A stretch of DNA of 63,998 bases, counting the filler, from Octopus bimaculoides (lineage: Eukaryota), in assembly GCF_001194135.2 (NCBI RefSeq). It is 6 parts of 4 records of this genome, joined end to end, with 100 filler letters (N's around TTAATTAATTAA, not from the genome) between each part and the next. Parts side by side here need not be neighbours in the genome. Positions count along the whole stretch, not along the records: positions 60,970 to 63,998 come from NC_068992.1; 5 more parts are not named here. One strand, given 5' to 3'. How positions within the stretch are numbered: the first letter of the stretch is position 1; each line of letters begins with the position of its first letter. Below are positions 63,600 to 63,998 of the stretch, piece after piece. The notes beneath the pieces were generated by a model that saw only the letters and a program-made list of their open reading frames with translations, had not been told where the DNA came from and searched no databases. Position numbers and translations under genes: made by a program.

Positions 63600-63998
63600 C
63601 TAGTCTGTGCATCATTGAGCAATTTTGAGAGCAATTTTGAGAGCGGTATTAGGGCTAGACAGAAGAGGAGTGGTGATAGTGAGTCACCCTGGAAAATGCC
63701 ACATGAAATTCTTACATCTCCAGCGTTTAGAGATTCATTGTCATTGTTCAACATCAGTGTGGTTCTCCATGATCTCATACTTACAGATAAAAAGTTTCGC
63801 AGAGTAGGAGCTATTTTATACATTTCCAGACATTTCCTAATCCAGCTATGTGGTAGGCTATCAAAGGCCTTTTTGTAGTCTATCCAGGCTATTGACAAGT
63901 TTTTGTGTCGCTTGTGACAATCTTCTAAGATCATCTTATTGATGAGTAGCTGATCTTTACAACAATAAGATCCACGTTCACATCCCTTTTGCTCATTA
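63600..63998 (-). mobile_element. R4/Dong-type LINE RT fragment
   Basis: [34 protein letters not shown]; overlaps 61245-61375 at high identity; 12-bp internal duplication (LSKLLSKLL). Confidence 0.9.

Overview
Eukaryotic, AT-rich, extremely microsatellite- and transposon-dense genomic DNA. The repeat landscape (tRNA-derived SINEs, R4/Dong, Tx1, HERO and Penelope retroelements, Tigger, Helitrons, TTAA/TA/hAT MITEs) suggests a coleoid cephalopod, most likely Octopus; this is inference and needs a BLAST check. The window is a concatenation of six assembly segments (1-5018, 5119-21645, 21746-32547, 32648-44481, 44582-60869, 60970-63998) joined by artificial 100-bp spacers (44 N + TTAATTAATTAA + 44 N), so adjacency across joins is not guaranteed. 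The only confidently identified host gene is DNAJC3 (P58IPK, ER TPR/J-domain co-chaperone). Its last five coding exons lie on the + strand at 44582-50454; the first of these is cut by a join. Best leads: (1) two concentric inverted repeat pairs bracketing two DNAJC3 exons (candidate circRNA/ADAR substrate); (2) a UPR-motif-rich promoter-like island with a uORF and a signal-peptide-like exon that may be DNAJC3 exon 1; (3) an ORF1-only (HAL1-like) Tx1-derived retroposon; (4) several degenerate minimal hammerhead-like motifs in Penelope-type repeats; (5) a spliced DUF4806-like pseudogene. Most ORFs in the supplied track are artefacts of microsatellites or N-gaps. No rRNA, intact tRNA or CRISPR array was seen. 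I found no clearly novel multi-gene system.
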